Source: Pristiophorus japonicus
Taxonomy: Eukaryota
Direction of reading: 5' to 3'
DNA: 64,000 bases
Assembly: GCF_044704955.1 (NCBI RefSeq)
Contig: NC_091990.1
Coordinates: 68,138,001-68,202,000, forward strand
Positions within the stretch are counted from its first letter, which is position 1; every line of letters starts with the position of its first letter. This document shows positions 61,745-64,000 of the stretch, in pieces. Both the position numbers and the translations under genes were made by a program. Under the pieces are notes generated by a model. The model was not told where the DNA came from and made no database searches. It worked only from the letters and a program-made list of their open reading frames with translations.

Positions 61745-63180
61745 AGAATCATATCACACACAAGGCAATTCAGCTCATCGTTGGTAGAGATATAAATTAG
61801 TCCCACTCCCCCACTCTTTCCCCTTCAAGTAATTATCCAATACCCTTTTGAAAGTTACTATTGAATCTGCTTCCACCACCATTTCACGCAGTGCGTTTCA
61901 GATCGTAACAACTCGCTATGTAAAACATTGGGGCTGAAATTCCGACGTCCTGGGCCCGTACGAAGTGTCAACAGACCCGGGAAGGCATCGGAAAAGCTGG
62001 TTTTCAGCGGGCACTGCGCATGCGCTGAAAACCGGCTTTTCCAATCTGTAAAGCTGGAGCTCGACAGATCCTCCACAGATCGGGAGCAAGGACATTTGCA
62101 CGGGCAAGATTGCGGGATTGACGCATATCTTGCCCAGCAAATGTCCTTAAAAATCTTGTGCCTGATAAAAGCAGGCACATAGCCTACAGTTACATGTGTA
62201 AGTGTTTTAAAACACACAAAAACATATTAAAATAAAGTTATGAAAACATATTTTATTGTTAAAAACCCTCTCCAGTATTGTAAGTTTATTTTAAGGCATA
62301 ATTAAAAAGACTTTTTTAAAAATTGGGAAAATATTTTTTTTATGACATTAATAACTTTAATTTAACTGAATCTTAAATATGTAGTGTATATTTTCTATTT
62401 TTTATTAATGTTTTGGGTGAATGGGTGTCCCATTCATAATAATGGGAAGTCCAATTTACAGAGTTCCCATTATTATGAATGAGAAAATACTGTAGCTTGA
62501 TTGGCTGTCCAGAGCCATGTGACTGCAGCTCCAGCTTATGGACGTCCCTACGAGCACGCGCTGCGACGCGCAGGGAGAGGCGGCCTAGGATCGGGAACTC
62601 GAGCGGGCGCAGCAGCTTCAAGTCGGTGCATAATTTTTCTCTAAAATCTAGTCGAACGGAAGGGAAGGAGAAAGCGAAATTTCTGGGCCAATGTCCTCGG
62701 GTCGCCTCTGGCTCTTTTCCCAATCACCTTAAACCTGTGTCCCTCTGGTCACCGAGCATCCTGCAACTGGAAACAGGTTCTCCTTATTTACTCTATCAAA
62801 ACCAATCATGTTACTGAATGCCTCTATCAAATCTTCTCTTAACCTTCTCTGCTCTAAGGAGAACAACCCCAGCTTCTCCAGTCTCTGCACATAACTGAAC
62901 TCCCTCATCCCTGGAACTAGTCTAGTAAACCTCCTCTGCCCCCTCTCCAAGGCCTTGACATCCTTCCTAAAGTGCAGAGCCCAGAATTGCACACAATACT
63001 CCAGCTGGGGCCTCACCAGTGATTCATAAAGGTTTAGCACAACTTCCTGGCTTTTGCACTCTTTGCCTCTATTTATAAACCAAAGGATCTCAGATGCTTT
63101 TTTAACAGCCTTCTCAACTTTTCCTGCCAGCTTCAAAGATGTTGTGCACATACACCCCCAGGTCTTTCTCTTCCTGCACC
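61745..63180 (-). mobile_element. CR1 3' fragment split by a MITE (pieces 61745-61929 and 62690-63180)
   Basis: [29 protein letters not shown]; 3' part continues left of the MITE. Confidence 0.8.
61930..62689. mobile_element. Harbinger-like MITE (same family as 9698-10419, inverted)
   Basis: GGGGCTGAAATT ... AATTTCTGGGCC termini; shared GGACATTTGC..GCAAATGTCC hairpin and AT-rich core. Confidence 0.8.
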
Positions 63181-63439
63181 TTTCAAATTGAAAATAATTT
63201 ATTTTGGAAGGATTACAGATATTTCAAATACAAAAGTTTATTTCATCGGGAATCTCACCCAAGATTCATCATGTCAATGTGTGAAATAAAACCTTTCACA
63301 ACACACACCTACCATAAATACAAAAATCAGTGCATTCTGTATTCACCAGACAAAAGTGGCCCAGTTGCACATGGGTCCCGATCCCTGTTACATCTCCTGC
63401 CCCCTCCAAGGCAGCCCAGAGGTGGTGGGTTAGGAATGA

Positions 63440-64000
63440 AAGTTTATAGTTTCCTGTCTCCTTTTTTTAAATAGGGGCATTACATTTGCAGTTTTCCAAT
63501 CCGCTGGGACCTCCTCAGAATCCAGGGAATTTTGGTAGATTACAACCAATGCATCCACTATCTCTGCAGCCACTTCTTTTAAGACCCTAGGATGTAAGCT
63601 ATCAGGTCCAGGGGACTTGTCCGCCTTTAGTCCCATTAATTTAATGAGTTCTATTTCATTAGTGATAGTGACTGTATTAAGTTCCTCTCTCCATATAGTC
63701 CCTTGATTATCCACTATTGGGATGTTTTGAGGTCTTCTACCGTGAAGACCGATACAAAATATTTGTTCAAAGTCTCTGTCGTTTCCCTGTTCCCCATTAT
63801 TAATTCCCCAGTCTCATCCTCTAGGGGACCAACATTTACTTTAGCCACTTTTTTCCTTTTTATGTACCTGTAGAAACTCTTACTATTTGTTTTTATATTT
63901 CGTGCTAGTTTACTTTAATATTCTATCTTCCCTCTCTTTATTATTTATTTAGTTGTTCTTTGCTGGCTTTTAAAAGTTTCCCAATCCTCTGGCCTCCCAC
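63440..64000 (-). mobile_element. CR1 ORF2 internal fragment (runs off the window)
   Basis: KADKSPGPDSLHPRVLKEVAAEIVDALV; same family as 34620-35770. Confidence 0.88.

Noticed and set aside
41556-64000. KCNQ exon 1 within the window
   Set aside because: No YNVLERPRGWAF-like coding sequence with a donor was seen on the minus strand; exon 4 was likewise not seen in 1-2189

Overview
Eukaryotic (vertebrate, very probably shark/elasmobranch, judged from the repeat families) genomic DNA lying inside a voltage-gated K+ channel gene of the KCNQ/Kv7 family, best match KCNQ4, on the minus strand. Two coding exons are present but are missed by the ORF track: exon 2 (41465-41555, 91 bp, S1) and exon 3 (2190-2316, 127 bp, S2 and the S2-S3 linker), separated by a 39.1-kb intron; exon 1 and exon 4 were not found in the window. 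Most of the rest is decayed transposons: many CR1 LINEs (one near full length, several nested), L2, RTE, a Tx1-like 3' end, two Gypsy LTR elements, Harbinger/PIF elements and MITEs, Deu-domain and other tRNA SINEs, Penelope-type fragments, and two minisatellites. No intact transposon and no prokaryotic system (no CRISPR) was seen. The strongest observations are: two of three RTE copies carry twin-priming-type 5' inversions with target-site duplications; a 95-bp insertion with a 9-bp TSD starts exactly at a minimal hammerhead ribozyme core; the conserved Trp of the KCNQ2-5 CCCRYRGW linker is Leu here; a CR1 has an in-frame doubled endonuclease start (probable chimera); and there is a 209-bp near-perfect fold-back. 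All calls were made by eye, without database searches, and repeat boundaries are approximate unless a TSD or splice site is quoted.
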